DNA from: Podarcis muralis | Lineage: Eukaryota | Length of the DNA: 64,000 bases | NCBI RefSeq assembly: GCF_964188315.1 | Contig: NC_135664.1 | Coordinates: 45,322,001-45,386,000, forward strand | Direction of reading: 5' to 3' | Translations under genes and position numbers: made by a program | The notes under the pieces: generated by a model | What the model was told of the DNA's origin: nothing | The model's database searches: none | Seen by the model: the letters and a program-made list of their open reading frames with translations, nothing else | Shown: in pieces, positions 37,587 to 52,412 of the stretch | Layout of the letters: every line of letters starts with the position of its first letter | Numbering within the stretch: the first letter of the stretch is position 1

Positions 37587-37849
37587 TTATACATAATCTC
37601 TACCAAACTCTCATTTCTATATGTATTGTGGCCAATATCAATTGCCCAATGAGTTATAGTTGCTTTTATCATCTCATCTTTTGTCGCCAACTCTATAAAA
37701 TTTGTATAAATCTTTGAGACTAATTTCTCATTATTTCATAATGGAGCTCTTTTGAATTTCGAACCATCTTCTGAAAAACCTTTTTTCTTTATCTTTTATT
37801 TAAACATTTCATTCAATTGGTGATAATGAAACCAAGAAGAAAGAGCGCG

Positions 37850-38032
37850 CGACCCCCATCCTCAAGGACGAAACCCGGAAGGCTTCGCCAGTCCAACCTC
37901 CCACCGCCCAATGGCTGGCGAGCCTTGAAGAAACAGCACAGCTCTCAGCCAATGGCACTCGAGCGCCCTCGAACTCTGTACCGAAAACATCCGTGCGGGG
38001 ATGGGTAGGCGGGGCGTATCAGGCCGAACAAG

Positions 38033-38040
<8 letters not shown>
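37850..38040 (+). promoter_or_regulatory. NDUFA6 CpG-island promoter: ETS CCGGAAG 37875-37881, CCAAT 37908-37912 and 37949-37953, GC box 38008-38015, YY1 CAAGATGGCGGC 38029-38040
   Basis: Literal motif matches in CpG-rich DNA immediately upstream of, and overlapping, the ATG. Confidence 0.7.
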
Positions 38041-40947
<2,907 letters not shown>

Positions 40948-41311
40948 ACTAAATGAACTTTGTGGAGTTGTGATACTGTATGTTCGTCTGCTTCTGTTCC
41001 AAATAAAGCCCTGTATATTGAAGAGCTCTTCAGCTGGGAGGTAGCCATGCTGGTACTCTCTGTTCCATACTGGTTCTGAATTCTTGGTGCAGATGCTTCA
41101 GCCATCCTTGATTCCTTTCATGCATTATCTACTTATGATAGCCTGGGTGTACAGTACCCTTGTTGCAACAGGTACCTAAAAAACATGCTGGAGTCCTATG
41201 CAAATGTACTTCAAAGTTAGTCCTATTTGAATAAAGTTAAAATGATTCGGTACTCAAAGAACAAAGAGGTTAGAAGTCTGTGTGGGAAAAATTGTGTTCA
41301 GTAGTAGAACG

Positions 41312-41522
41312 CAGTGGTACCTCCGGTTGCAAACGGGATCCGTTCCAGAGCTCCGGTTGCATCCCGAGGAATTCGCAACCAGAGGGGCCGCTTCTGCGCA
41401 TGGCACGTAGAGCGCTTCTGCACACGTGCGTGCGGCGAAACCTGGAAAAATACTTACGGGTTTACCGCGTACGTATCCCAAAAATATGTAATCAGAGGTG
41501 AAGGCAAGTAGAGGTACCACTG
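41312..41522. mobile_element. Tigger-like MITE
   Basis: CAGTGGTACCTC...GAGGTACCACTG|TA. Confidence 0.85.
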
Positions 41523-41537
41523 TATATGTACTTTCAC

Positions 41538-41915
41538 GGGACGCAGGTGGCGCTGTGGTCTAAGCCACTGAGCCTCTTGGGCTTGCTGATTGGAAGTTCA
41601 GTGGTTTGAATCCACACAATAGGGTGAGTTCCCGTTGCTCTGTCCCAGTTTCTGCCAACCTAGCAGTTTGAAAGCACACTAGTGCAAGTAGATAAATAGG
41701 TACTGCTGCGGCGGGAAAGTAAACAGCGTTTCTGTGCGCCCTGGCTTCTGTCATGGTGTTCTGTTGCGCCAGGAGCAGTTTAGTCATGAGGGCCACATGA
41801 CCTGGAAAGCTGTCTGGACAAACACTGACTCTCTTGGCCTGAAGCAAGATGAGTGCCGCAACCCATAGTCACCTTTGACTGGACTTAACCATCCAGGGGT
41901 CCTTTACCTTTTACC
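41538..41915 (+). mobile_element. Sauria SINE, full length, TSD about ATATGTACTT
   Basis: GGGACGCAGGTGGCGCTGTGG head, CCTTTACCTTTTACC tail, flanking direct repeat. Confidence 0.92.
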
Positions 41916-42669
41916 ATATGTACTTCAATCCAGGATGCATTGGCTCCGATAAAATCATAAAGATTTGGTTCAAGAATGTACTATTAATAGTTGAACATGT
42001 ATTTTTCCAGAAAGAGAAACCTGGAACACATTAATGGAGTTTTGCAAAAGCTTAAAACATAAGTGGTAACCCTTGGGCTATCCAAAAGGCAGATTGATAT
42101 ATTACAATGGGCTTTTCTTGCTTCCCAGAGTCCTCTCCCAGAAAATCTGGAACCCATTGGTACTGGGTGTCTTGCCATACCATGAGTATGTAATACATTT
42201 ACTTTAATACCATTAAGTAAAACAGCACTAAACTGGTGAGTAGTTTTAGCAATCCAACTGTTAACTCTACAGCCTGGGTGCCCCTGCCCTTGGAAAGACT
42301 TGTAAGCCAAACCTGAGCAATCTTGAGAATAATCTGGCAGCAAATAAATAGCTCACTTTTATCCTGCCTGCTTTCTTTGTGCAGATAGTTTAGCCTAATT
42401 TCTGTTACTGCCCTTGAAATACTATCACCACACTGACGCTTTCCTGAGGAATGATTTCTCAGCCTATTGAGTCTTCTGCCTGCCTTGCAGTAACATTTCT
42501 TTAATTCAGCAACCAGAAAGCAGCTAGCCATTAAGCCACCTTGATTACACTTATGAGTTTGTAGCCTAAGGCTTCCAATAATTTCCTTTGCTTACCAGGA
42601 GTTAATTTTGGGGCTTCCTCCCCCCATTCCGTCTATGAAAGCTGAGCCCTATTCCAACCATCCCAAATA

Positions 42670-42948
42670 CAGTGGTACCTCGCAAGACGAATGCCTCGCA
42701 AGACGAAAAATGCGCAAGACGAAAGGGTTCTCCGTTTTTTTAGTCGTTCCGCAAGACGAATTTCCCTATGGGCTTGCATCGCAAGACAAAACGTCTTGCG
42801 AGTTTGTTTCCTTTTTCTTAAAGCCGCTAAGCTGTTAATAGCCGCTAAGCCGTTAATAGCCGCTAATAGCCGTGCTTCGCAAGACGAAAAAACCGCAAGA
42901 CAAAGAGACTCGCGGAACGGATTAATTTCGTCTTGCGAGGCACCACTG
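42670..42948. mobile_element. Tigger-like MITE (CGCAAGACGA family)
   Basis: TA|CAGTGGTACCTCGCAAGACG...CGTCTTGCGAGGCACCACTG|TA. Confidence 0.9.
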
Positions 42949-43024
42949 TACAAGTGTAAAAAAATGACACCTATTATGCAAGTAGTTTAATGCTCCTTAA
43001 CCCAACTTTCATGGTTATTTAATA

Positions 43025-43250
43025 CAGTGGTACCTCGGGTTACATACGCTTCAGGTTACAGACTCCGCTAACCCAGAAATAGTGCTTCAGGTTAAGAACT
43101 TTGCTTCAGGATGAGAACAGAAATCGTGCTCCGGCAGCATGGCAGCAGCAGGAGGCCTCATTAGCTAAAGTGGTGCTTCAGGTTAAGAACAGTTTCAGGT
43201 TAAGTATGGACCTCCAGAACGAATTAAGTACTTAACCCGAGGTACCACTG
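43025..43250. mobile_element. Tigger-like MITE
   Basis: TA|CAGTGGTACCTCGGGTT...AACCCGAGGTACCACTG|TA. Confidence 0.9.
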
Positions 43251-43980
43251 TACTGTATTCCTTCCCACTATGCAAGGGAGCCCTCCTGTGGTAGAACTGC
43301 ATGCTGCAGCACTGCTGTGGCCTCCGATTCTTCCTTCTTCAAAAGCTCCCACAAGAAAATCCTGCTTACCTGAAGTAAGAGGGTAGTAATGTTCCCAATT
43401 GCTCTGAACAATATTCATTGTTCAATACAAGATTATGCAAATAGGATCATGTGTACAATTATTTCATAGCAGGGCTAGCAGTCATCCTTTTTTTTTTTAG
43501 CAAACATGGCATAAGCCAGGGATGAATGAGGCATGTGTACTGAAAAGTGACAATCCATTTTTGAATCCACAGACTCTAATCCCATTGACCTTCAGAGCAT
43601 AGGAAAAACATGTGGTACAAATAAAAATAATGTTTAGGTAAATTGATGATACAGGAAGCAATTCCTCTTTGCCAAATGTTAAGTTAATTTTATCAGAACT
43701 TAGACTTGCATGCATCTCTAGACTTTGGTAGGTAACATGAACTCAAGATACCACTTATGAGTCAATACAGTAACACGTCAAGTTCGAAAAGTTATGGCAT
43801 AATCATTTACTGTACACCAAAATAAAACAGTGCCTGATATCAAAGGGCTTCTGCTCACTATTAGATATCAAGATTCAAAAAAGAAGTATTTGTGCTGCTG
43901 CTTCTTTTTTTGGAGCAAGTCAGTCTAGCCGAGTTAAATAAAGTTACTTTTTCTGTTAAACATAGAATTTGCAGTTTCTC

Positions 43981-44027
43981 AAAAAAAAAAAAAAAGAAGA
44001 AGAAGAAGAAGAAGAAGAAGAAGAAGA
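43981..44027. repeat. Poly-A run followed by (AAG)n microsatellite
   Basis: Direct reading. Confidence 0.95.
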
Positions 44028-44168
44028 TGATGTAAAGGGGTGAAAGAGAATTGAAATTATTAATGCTTTTCAGCAAAGGTATGGTGCAATAATACTTAAT
44101 CACACTTGGATCCCTGCGTGCAACTTAGGACAATTTAAAGAAGAGATGTAAGCCTTGGTCTGTTACTC

Positions 44169-44449
44169 TTTATTTGCAATCTAAATCATTTCTTCACACT
44201 CATTAGAACAGGGTTCCAAGCACTCTCTTGAACTAGGTGTTACATACAATGATTGCTGAACCAAGGAAATATTCTGCCTATGTATGTAGCCAATCCTCAT
44301 TTACACATGCACAGAGCATTTACTGGTAGAATGGGGGTCCAACTCTCCCAAAATGTCTTCTTTAAAAACTGAAAAGAGGGGCCATGACTAGACATTGACA
44401 TCAGAATAGTTGTCTATGGCTTTCGCTCTTGTTTTCTCCTATTTTAACC
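44169..44449 (-). other. SMDT1: Probable SMDT1 non-coding 3' UTR exon (acceptor at 44449, AATAAA at 44169-44174)
   Basis: A donor TAG|GTATGG lies 3 nt after the stop. A strong acceptor TTCTTTTTTCTTTACAG|G occurs at 44449 on the minus strand. The 3' end is uncertain. Confidence 0.6.
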
Positions 44450-44925
44450 CTGTAAAGAAAAAAGAATATGTTATTTCACACTGCAGAATTGGCCCCATGT
44501 TCAACCCGTAGGATACTAGCTTTGCAAAAATTAGAGAATGGCAAAGAACACCAGTATTGTGCATATTATAAACATACTGTTTGCTGCTTTCTATACAACA
44601 CACAGCTTATTAAAACAAGTTCACTGTGACATTGGCAAGTGTATTTAGCATATAGAACAGTGATATTGCCAAATCAGTGTAAACATTTTGGTCATGGCCT
44701 AATGAATTTATTGTCTAGTCAGCTGTAATTCTTTCAAAATTATACTCACAAAAAGTAAGACAAAATAGTAACTAAATTATAAGCAGAACTGTTTGCATAT
44801 GCTTAGTTTATTATATAGGAATAAAACTAGGAATAAAAGAATGGGAAAGAAAAATACTAGGAATAAAAGAATGGGAAAGGAAAGGTAGGAAACAGTGCTT
44901 TTAGGACAGGAATTGTGATCTAGGG

Positions 44926-45061
44926 CAGTGTTCCCCAACCTTGGGCCTCCGGCTGTTTTTGGACTACAATTCCCATCATCCTTGACCACTGGTCTTGCTA
45001 GCAAGGGATGATGGGAGTTGTAGTCCAAAAACAGCTGGAGGCCCAAGGTTGGGGAACACTG
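44926..45061. mobile_element. Palindromic hAT MITE (136 bp), 8-bp TSD ATCTAGGG
   Basis: Near-perfect end-to-end inverted repeat; identical 8-mer at 44918-44925 and 45062-45069. Confidence 0.92.
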
Positions 45062-45746
45062 ATCTAGGGTATATATGTGCTATGATAAGGGGGAGAAGAG
45101 ATTTCAAAGGCTGCTGCAACTACTCCAATAAAAAATGATGAGCTTCTCAGTGGCCTTCACTGCAAACATTGTAGGGACATGCAGGGTGGGGAAACTGTTT
45201 CAGTCTTAAGGCCACATTCCCTTGCAAGAGCTTTTGGGGGTGCATGCCAGTGCTGGATGGGGCGATGGATGCAACTCTTTATGCAGCTGACTGCATTCCA
45301 GCCAGGCAAAAATCAAGAGGTTTCTACACATACACACCCATACTTCCCATCTTTCATTCACTAAACAGACATTCTAACAGTTCATGGACACATTCCAGCC
45401 AGGCAAAAGCACAAGGATGAGGAGCAGGGCTGGTGAGGGGATTGTCCTGGAAAGAGGTACATTCAGCACTCAGGTCTGACGTTCCCCACCTGTAGGACAG
45501 TGTATGAGAGGTTGAGATGCAACCAGATTCATTTCTTGCCTATCTTGTACACTCATACTCCACATGTTAGTACCAGTTTTCATGAGAATTTAAGTATAGC
45601 TGGAGTTTCTGGGTATCTGTTTTGACCTAACGGGTTTACCAATGAAGGATTGTCTCCAAGTGTTTTATTATGGTTTCACTCATCCTACATCAAATGAAGG
45701 GGGCAACTTCAGATCAAGTTTCTGCTTTTATCTATAGCCATACCTA

Positions 45747-47361
45747 TTAATCATCATCGTCGTCATCTTCTGGTACAAAAATATCATGTTCCTCTAGCAA
45801 GGCTGCAAAGTTTTTGCTGATTTGTGTCCCAACATAGAGGAAGGGAATTACAATGGCAAACACACGAAGGAGACCAAAGGGCATCTGCAGAGATTAATTG
45901 AGAACCAGTTTAATATCTCTTTCCATGCAAGTCCTGCAGAAAAAGTTGGTCATCAACAAATCTCTACAAAGCTGCCAACGTACATAAGTCTAGAGCTGAT
46001 GGAAAGATTTAAAGAAATGCCATTACCCTTCAAATGCTTGCACCCATAAATAATAGCACATATTCTTACTGTTCTACTAATTCACATTTAAACCCACATA
46101 GAAAAATATTTGTAAAAATGTCTTCAAATATATGGAAAAACTAAGTAAAAAAAAAGAACAAAACTGAGTATTAGTATTAAGCCAGCAACACATTTTATAT
46201 CCTAAATACATAAATAGGAAAACTAAAAGTTTGCATATTATCAGATACTCCAAAGTGTTTTCCTCATGGGCGGAGGAACCTACTGTAGTAAATGATCCAG
46301 CAAAACAGTTTTGCTCTCAATTCAAAGCATGAAACTCAAATAATGGGAAACATAAGTGCAGTACTGTATAACAGCATTACTCAATGTACTGCAGCAGTGA
46401 TTACCAACTTATTTTAGAAGCACCTAAAATTCATTTTGAACACAGCAGCGAAAATCCTTTATTCTATGGGTCACATTAGCTCACCTCCCCCTTTTTCTCG
46501 GGTTCCTGGCAATTAATTCCCTTTGCCTACCGTTTTTGGACCCACTCTCATCTGCTCCTCCTTGCAGCCCCCATTTTCTAGACAAGTGCTTGTGGAACTT
46601 CTGAAAGCCAAATGTGGGGCTTCCCTTAAAACGTTTCTCCTGGAAGCTGAGCGGAGGGGGCAGGGAAAGGGCTCCGAAAGGCCACATTCCAGACACCTGA
46701 CAAAGAGTGGCTGGTCCATCCCACTTCATACTTGTCAAATGCAACTTGACATGAAAGCAGTCGGCCAGGTATCAGTCATCCGCATTACTAACATTTCCTG
46801 TCACCTGCTACAAGGAACAAAAGGGGCAGCAAGACAGGATCTTCGGGAAAGGTCTCCCCTTTCCGGCTTTAACCGAGCTGAAGGAGGAAAAGGAAACACA
46901 CAAATATACCCTTTTTTTAAATAAATGATTCCCCCCCCCCCCGTAGCCCACAGGCAGGAGAGGGGAGGAAGCGCTCACTATCCCCCTATGGCTCTTGTCT
47001 TACTGATCCTTACGGGATCATTTCCTAGTGGTGCTTCTGTTCTAAAGCCCGCCCCTGCCGCCTTATCCATTGGGCAAACCATCTGCCAAGCCAACAATAC
47101 TTTCAAGCCATTGGCTGACACAACGTCCTCCAAGCCCGGCAGCCCATCCCGATTAGCGATTGGCTGGCTTCACTCCCAGCTCGTTTCCCCTCCGCGACCA
47201 GAGGCTCCCCTCCGCGCACTCACTTTGACGGGCTTGGGCAAGATGGCGCCAGTCCGGGTGACGGTGACATTTCGCGAGGGGGCAGCGGTCACCGAGGGGC
47301 CCCTCTGGCTCCCGACGGGCCTCGCCCAGCACCCTGCCGCTGCCCACAGGCGCCCAGCCAT
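45747..47361 (-). CDS. SMDT1: Essential MCU regulator (EMRE), 91 aa: exons 47361-47224 and 45884-45747
   Basis: Translation ...RNVTVTRTGAILPKPVK|MPFGLLRVFAIVIPFLYVGTQISKNFAALLEEHDIFVPEDDDDDD*. N-terminal transit peptide, single TM segment and acidic tail; CAG acceptor and GTGAGT donor. Confidence 0.96.
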
Positions 47362-47480
47362 CTTCTCTGTAGCGCTATAGCGACGCGACGCGTCCGAAGT
47401 GTCGGAAGGATGGGAGGTGCTTTCTCAAATCTCGCGATATGAGGATGAAGGAATAAAATACCTCCAGGGCGCGCGTGGCA
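47362..47480 (-). promoter_or_regulatory. SMDT1 CpG-island promoter with a BANP-type TCTCGCGATA (47430-47439) and an ETS-like CGGAAG
   Basis: CpG-dense sequence just upstream of the ATG; literal motif matches. Confidence 0.55.
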
Positions 47481-49984
47481 GGAGTGATGCCACAGAGATT
47501 CGAAAAAGATAGATTGCTCTCATCGCCTCGGATGGGTCGTTTCTTGGTTCCTATTTGAAAAGTCCCTCAGGGCGAAAGTGCTCAGAAAACCCAACAGAGG
47601 AATCTTATGTTTTAGCTTGACCCCAAACAGGAGTAGTTCCCACTTTTACCAACTCTAATCCAGTTACCTGTAACTTTGTTTATTTGCTTTGCCAATATTC
47701 AGAGAGGTCCCCTGTCAATGAAGTGCCGCTTTACTCTTTATATTCCTTTTAAAGGGCTTATCACATTTCTGTGATGTTAAATGTGTGTGTGTGTGTGTGA
47801 ATTGTCCTAATATTTCTGTTTATTGTGCATCATGTTTTTACATTACCTTTATTTTTGTAAACAACCCTGTGACCATTTTAGTGAAGAGAGTATATAAATC
47901 TGTAAATAAATTAAATTTGTTACCTACGAGTGTAGAGGGGGCTGTGGCTACAGAACAGCAGAGGGCTTGCCAGACTGGGTATCTGGTTGGCATCTGTGGT
48001 ACATTGGAAAGTAGACTAGGTAAATACTTGGTCTGATCCTGCAGGACACTAATTATGTTAGAACTCCCAGGGAGGGAACTCAAGACACATTCTCATCACT
48101 TTGCAGCCAAACACTACAATATATATATTAAAAAGTTTATTCAAGAATAAATTTGTACTACAAATAACTATGAAACAGTAGTGTATATTCTTGTTTTAAG
48201 TCTAAAACATAACCCATGCAAACATACAAAAAAGTGTAATTCAAGGGTGTATGTAGAGCACCATGAAGTTATTAGCTTCCATTTGTTGTACGACCTTAGC
48301 AGGCATATTCTGGCTGCTGCTAACATTATTGCAGATCATAATTTTTTTCTTTGGAGTGGATATATTACTATCTTCCTTCAAAACATTAACCATTTTCACT
48401 GTTGGAAGTGACATATTATTTGCCATGGTAACTTGATTTTATCATATTAAAAACGGTCATGGTGGTTCTTCCCTCCCAGCAGGGATAGTCATTCCATTTG
48501 AACGTTGCAACTGGTTATTACCAGCACTGGTCTGAGGCCAGGATGACTTGGTAAACAATGGTTTGGTTGGCCAATTAGTTATAGTTAAAGTCACTAATGT
48601 GCAAGAATGCTAAAGAACAAACCTGATCCCAAAAATCAGAATGCAGCAATATGATATAAAGGCAGTGTATACTGGACACCAGAGAACAGGAATCCAGTGC
48701 CTATTGGCATCATTTAAATTGAAGTTCATGGACTTATGACAACAAAACTCACAACTCAGTGATTGCAGTTGAGATGGCTGAAAAGTCTAGGTTTATACTG
48801 TTCTTCACCCTAGTCAGGCTATGTACACATTAGCGGCTTCCTTTGGAGACTATTTTATAGGTCAGAACAACAGGGCCAAGGGACAAATGTGGCTCTCCAG
48901 GTTTCTCCATAGGGCCTTAGAACATTCCCCAAACCACACCCCTCCCTGGCTCTGCTTTGCACCCTGATTGTGTTTGCCTGGCTAGAGCAGGTTCTTGAAC
49001 TCCAATAATGCTTCTTGCTTGTCTAGTTGGAGGATAGAAAGATATGTGCAAGTGCATGTAGAAACTAGACTACAGTACAATGCTAACATCTGCTCTGCCC
49101 ACTGCTGGCATTCCGTGTAATTAAATGGTCACACATTATGATGTTAGTATGTGGGAGCAACTGTCCCTAATTTGTTGGTTCACTTACTCAGATCTAGGAC
49201 ATGTTGCCTCTTGAAGAGGTTATCTTCAAATACTGACTTAAAAGGTAGCAAAAGCCCCAAAAGTGGGGGATTCCTTAGTTATGGATCTTGGAAGCATTTT
49301 ATAATGACTACTCTAGGGCAACACTGTGACTAATAGTGTGAAACTACTGGATCAAATTTCACCTCGGCAAGAGGTGGTCTTAGGCAATTTGCTTTGCTCT
49401 CCATATGGCGATAAATATACTAGCCCACCTTTTCAGATTGTTGTCAGTAACCTTTATGTAATGTATGTAAAGATTATTGGATATTTGAAATGTGCTGTAT
49501 AAATGATTAGTATTATTAGTCTTAACACAAGGCTCAAAGCAACTGGAATATATAGATTGAATGTCATTAACTGAATTGTATGGCTCAACAGAAATTCAGA
49601 TTCCTCTCATGTGTTAAGAAGCCACTTGAAACATGAGAGTGCCAACTTGAGCTTTACAGCACAGTGCGAAAGAAGTAGTGAAATAAGTATGCCATAGCCT
49701 TTTGCTAACACTGCTTGAGATACAGATGGTGCCTGGTTAATTTTCAGAGATATTCTAGGCATTTCAAGATCCCCATGGGCAGACTATATTTTGAGAGTAA
49801 CCTAGAACATACACATATTTGCAATCCACTATTCCAGAAAGCAATATAGGTTCTTTGGCAATTTTGTTGGCCAAGAGCAAATCCACAAGTGCACCAAGAG
49901 GTCTGTGAAAACTTGTTTTGCTTCTATTTTTCTCTTTCCTTCCCTCCCTCTTCCCCACATCCCAAAATACTTTCCTCAATATGT

Positions 49985-50782
49985 TCACAATACATTCTGG
50001 CTTTGCATCCATTCCATCCTCGCCTCGGCTATCTCCTGACCGTACCAATCGTGCAACTTTGAGAAACAGGCTGTCTCTGGAGACACTGGGCTTTCCTGCA
50101 CAGCAGAACCAAGGCCTGGAGCAGGCATTCCACCTGCACTGCTGCAAGCTGGTCTTCGGCGAGGGGGTAAAGGCGGGGGTTTCAGATACCCCACATCATG
50201 GTCCAAAACAGCTCCTGCAACAGTGCAACTGTTGTCCCATGTGGAGTACCCATTTTCTGAGATGACAGGGTGCTCCTGGAGGGGTACTGCTGTGGAACTG
50301 GAAAGATGTCGCTTCCAGCCAGAGGAAGGTCTCTTTGGAGATTTGTGACAGGTGACTAAGCTCTTCCGCGCTTCCTCCAGCTGCTTCTCTAGTTCTTTAA
50401 CCACGAGCCTCATGTAATCAAAGCTGGCCCTGGAAAGGGCCTTCACCCAAACCTCCATCGCAGCCTGGCAATCAGCAACCAACACATAGGCCTTGCCACC
50501 GCTGCCATCGAAGCGGATAGCGAAGGCAAACTCCTCAGCGGCCTCACACAGCTCCACTGTGCAGCCCTCCAGCACAATGAGACCCAGAGGTTCACGGCTC
50601 TGCTGCTCCTCGAAGTAGAAAAGCAAGTTGCCTTTGAGGATGAACCAGCAGCGGTGGTAGGAACTGGTGTGGTGGTGGTGGTGGCGGCGCTCCACACGCT
50701 TGCACAGAAAGCCCGTGTGGTCTGCCGGAGAGTCGCAAGTGGCATAATGTGCCACGCAGCGCTCGTTCAGCTTCATTGCCAT
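49985..50782 (-). CDS. PHETA2: PH domain-containing endocytic trafficking adaptor 2 (FAM109B / Sesquipedalian-2 / IPIP27B), single coding exon, 265 aa
   Basis: MKLNER start, PH domain (CWFILKGNLLFYFE...EGCTVELCE...EFAFAIRF), coiled coil (YMRLVVKELEKQLEEAR) and F&H motif FSKLHDWYGQEI. Acceptor CTCCTCAG at 50791. Synteny with SMDT1 and NAGA. Confidence 0.95.
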   Translation of the reverse strand: MAMKLNERCVAHYATCDSPADHTGFLCKRVERRHHHHHTSSYHRCWFILKGNLLFYFEEQQSREPLGLIVLEGCTVELCEAAEEFAFAIRFDGSGGKAYVLVADCQAAMEVWVKALSRASFDYMRLVVKELEKQLEEARKSLVTCHKSPKRPSSGWKRHLSSSTAVPLQEHPVISENGYSTWDNSCTVAGAVLDHDVGYLKPPPLPPRRRPACSSAGGMPAPGLGSAVQESPVSPETACFSKLHDWYGQEIAEARMEWMQSQNVL

Positions 50783-51419
50783 AAGGGTCCCCTGAGGAGC
50801 ATAGAGACAGACAGGTTTCCTGATTGCACCAAAAAGTGATATTTTAAAGCCCCAGTGACACCCGGAATATAATTTTAGTCAATATTCCAGCTCATCTATA
50901 CTGTTTGAGAGAGCAGAGAGAGTCTTACCCAAAGCCTGGATTTTGATGGATCTGCCTTCTTCCATGGGTAGATGTGTGCTGCAGTCTCGTCTTAGGCCAC
51001 TAGGTACCCTGCTCTGCTAAAACAAGGGACAAAAGTTGCAAACTTCACTTAGCTTTTACTGCCATTAAAACAGCAGATCTTCGCCTCTTCAATCAATAGC
51101 GGCACCCTCTTCTGGAAGCTGGAATGGAAACCACATTCGGATGTTTCCCCCCTTTTTATACATAGAGCAATCAAGCTGACTGGAGTAACAGCAAGTTGGA
51201 TTAATGGCCAACTGAACTGAGTCTCCAGAGTCAGAAAGCTCTCGGGAGGAGATGGAGATCTTTTTAAAGCCCCAGAACTCAGGCTGCCTGCCTAGTCCCC
51301 AGGGTGGGGTGGAGTGGGGGGGGTCTCCCTATAAACGGAGCTTGCGGAAGATGGTTTTGAACTCGGGGAGAGCAGGCCTGCTCTGAAAGCCAGGGGACAG
51401 ATTTTATCTCTAACCTTAC

Positions 51420-51700
51420 CTTGTTCCAACGCGGGATCTCTAACCTCTTCATCCATTTCGGCGTACCCCGTTACCCCTGCTTTAATTAACGTGTTGATTT
51501 TAAAGCGACTGTTTTGTTTTGTCCTCCCTCTTTCTCTGCGGAGCTCTGACTATTATTGGTTTAGAGCAATTTCGTAATGCAAAACCCGGAGCGCAAGATC
51601 GCTTCTGGAGTAGCAAACCCAGGGATGGCTCTTTAACAATCCACGTTTTCCAACCCGCCTCACATTACAGAGCGGAGGTTTTACTTTTTTTATTCCCCCA
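51420..51700 (-). other. PHETA2: Probable non-coding upstream exon / CpG-rich promoter region of PHETA2 (donor AAG|GTAAGG at 51420)
   Basis: Strong minus-strand donor within CpG-enriched sequence, 630 nt upstream of the coding-exon acceptor. The 5' limit is approximate. Confidence 0.5.
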
Positions 51701-52412
51701 TTCCTACCCCCCTCCCTAACTGCTCTGCTTTTTCTCTTGAGGTCTTGGAAGCCACGTATAGAAGAATCAGACACGGAAGACTTGATTCACCGTCTCAGAC
51801 CTTTATGATTAAATCTTATACCTTGGATGTTTCAAAGCCTTTCATGACCCTATCTTTCCTTTAACTCTGTGAAATGGGTTCAATAGTCAACATCCACATC
51901 TCTCCTAGTATCTGCATTGCTCCCCCGCGCCCCAGATCCTTTATCCCAAACAATCATATTTTTACTGAGAAATGGTATATTCCTCACTCTACCCTCCACC
52001 CGAGCGTTTGCAAGAGCTGGATCAGGGCTCGTCGCAAAAGGCAAAAAAGAAAAAAAGAAAAAAAAAGGGCAGGGCAAGGACATACAACAAGTTTTCTTGA
52101 TGATCGTGCTAATTTATAAGGATCTCCCAAGGGCTCTTACATCCATAGCCACACTTGCTTATTATGCTAGGGTCTTCCTTGACAGCAACTCCAAGCTCGG
52201 GTCAAGCTGGAAGTGTAATATTGGCGGTGCCACTAACGTGTCGGTGCTAAAGTTGTGCGAAACATAAACAAAGGACATGCAGAATGGGCTTTTAAAAACA
52301 TATACATGCTACTTTATAGTCACCAGAGGGCATCACATTGCCGCATGCAGCAATTTCACAGGACTAGAAGGAAGCCCTTCAGTCAGAAAACAAACAGCAC
52401 CCGACTCACGAA

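Noticed and set aside
44827-44879. Two copies of CTAGGAATAAAAGAATGGGAAAG with a 30-bp period
   Set aside because: A simple local slippage duplication in an intron with no functional indication.
46925-47380. 151-aa plus-strand ORF overlapping SMDT1 exon 1
   Set aside because: GC-rich shadow ORF in a CpG island with no recognisable domain.
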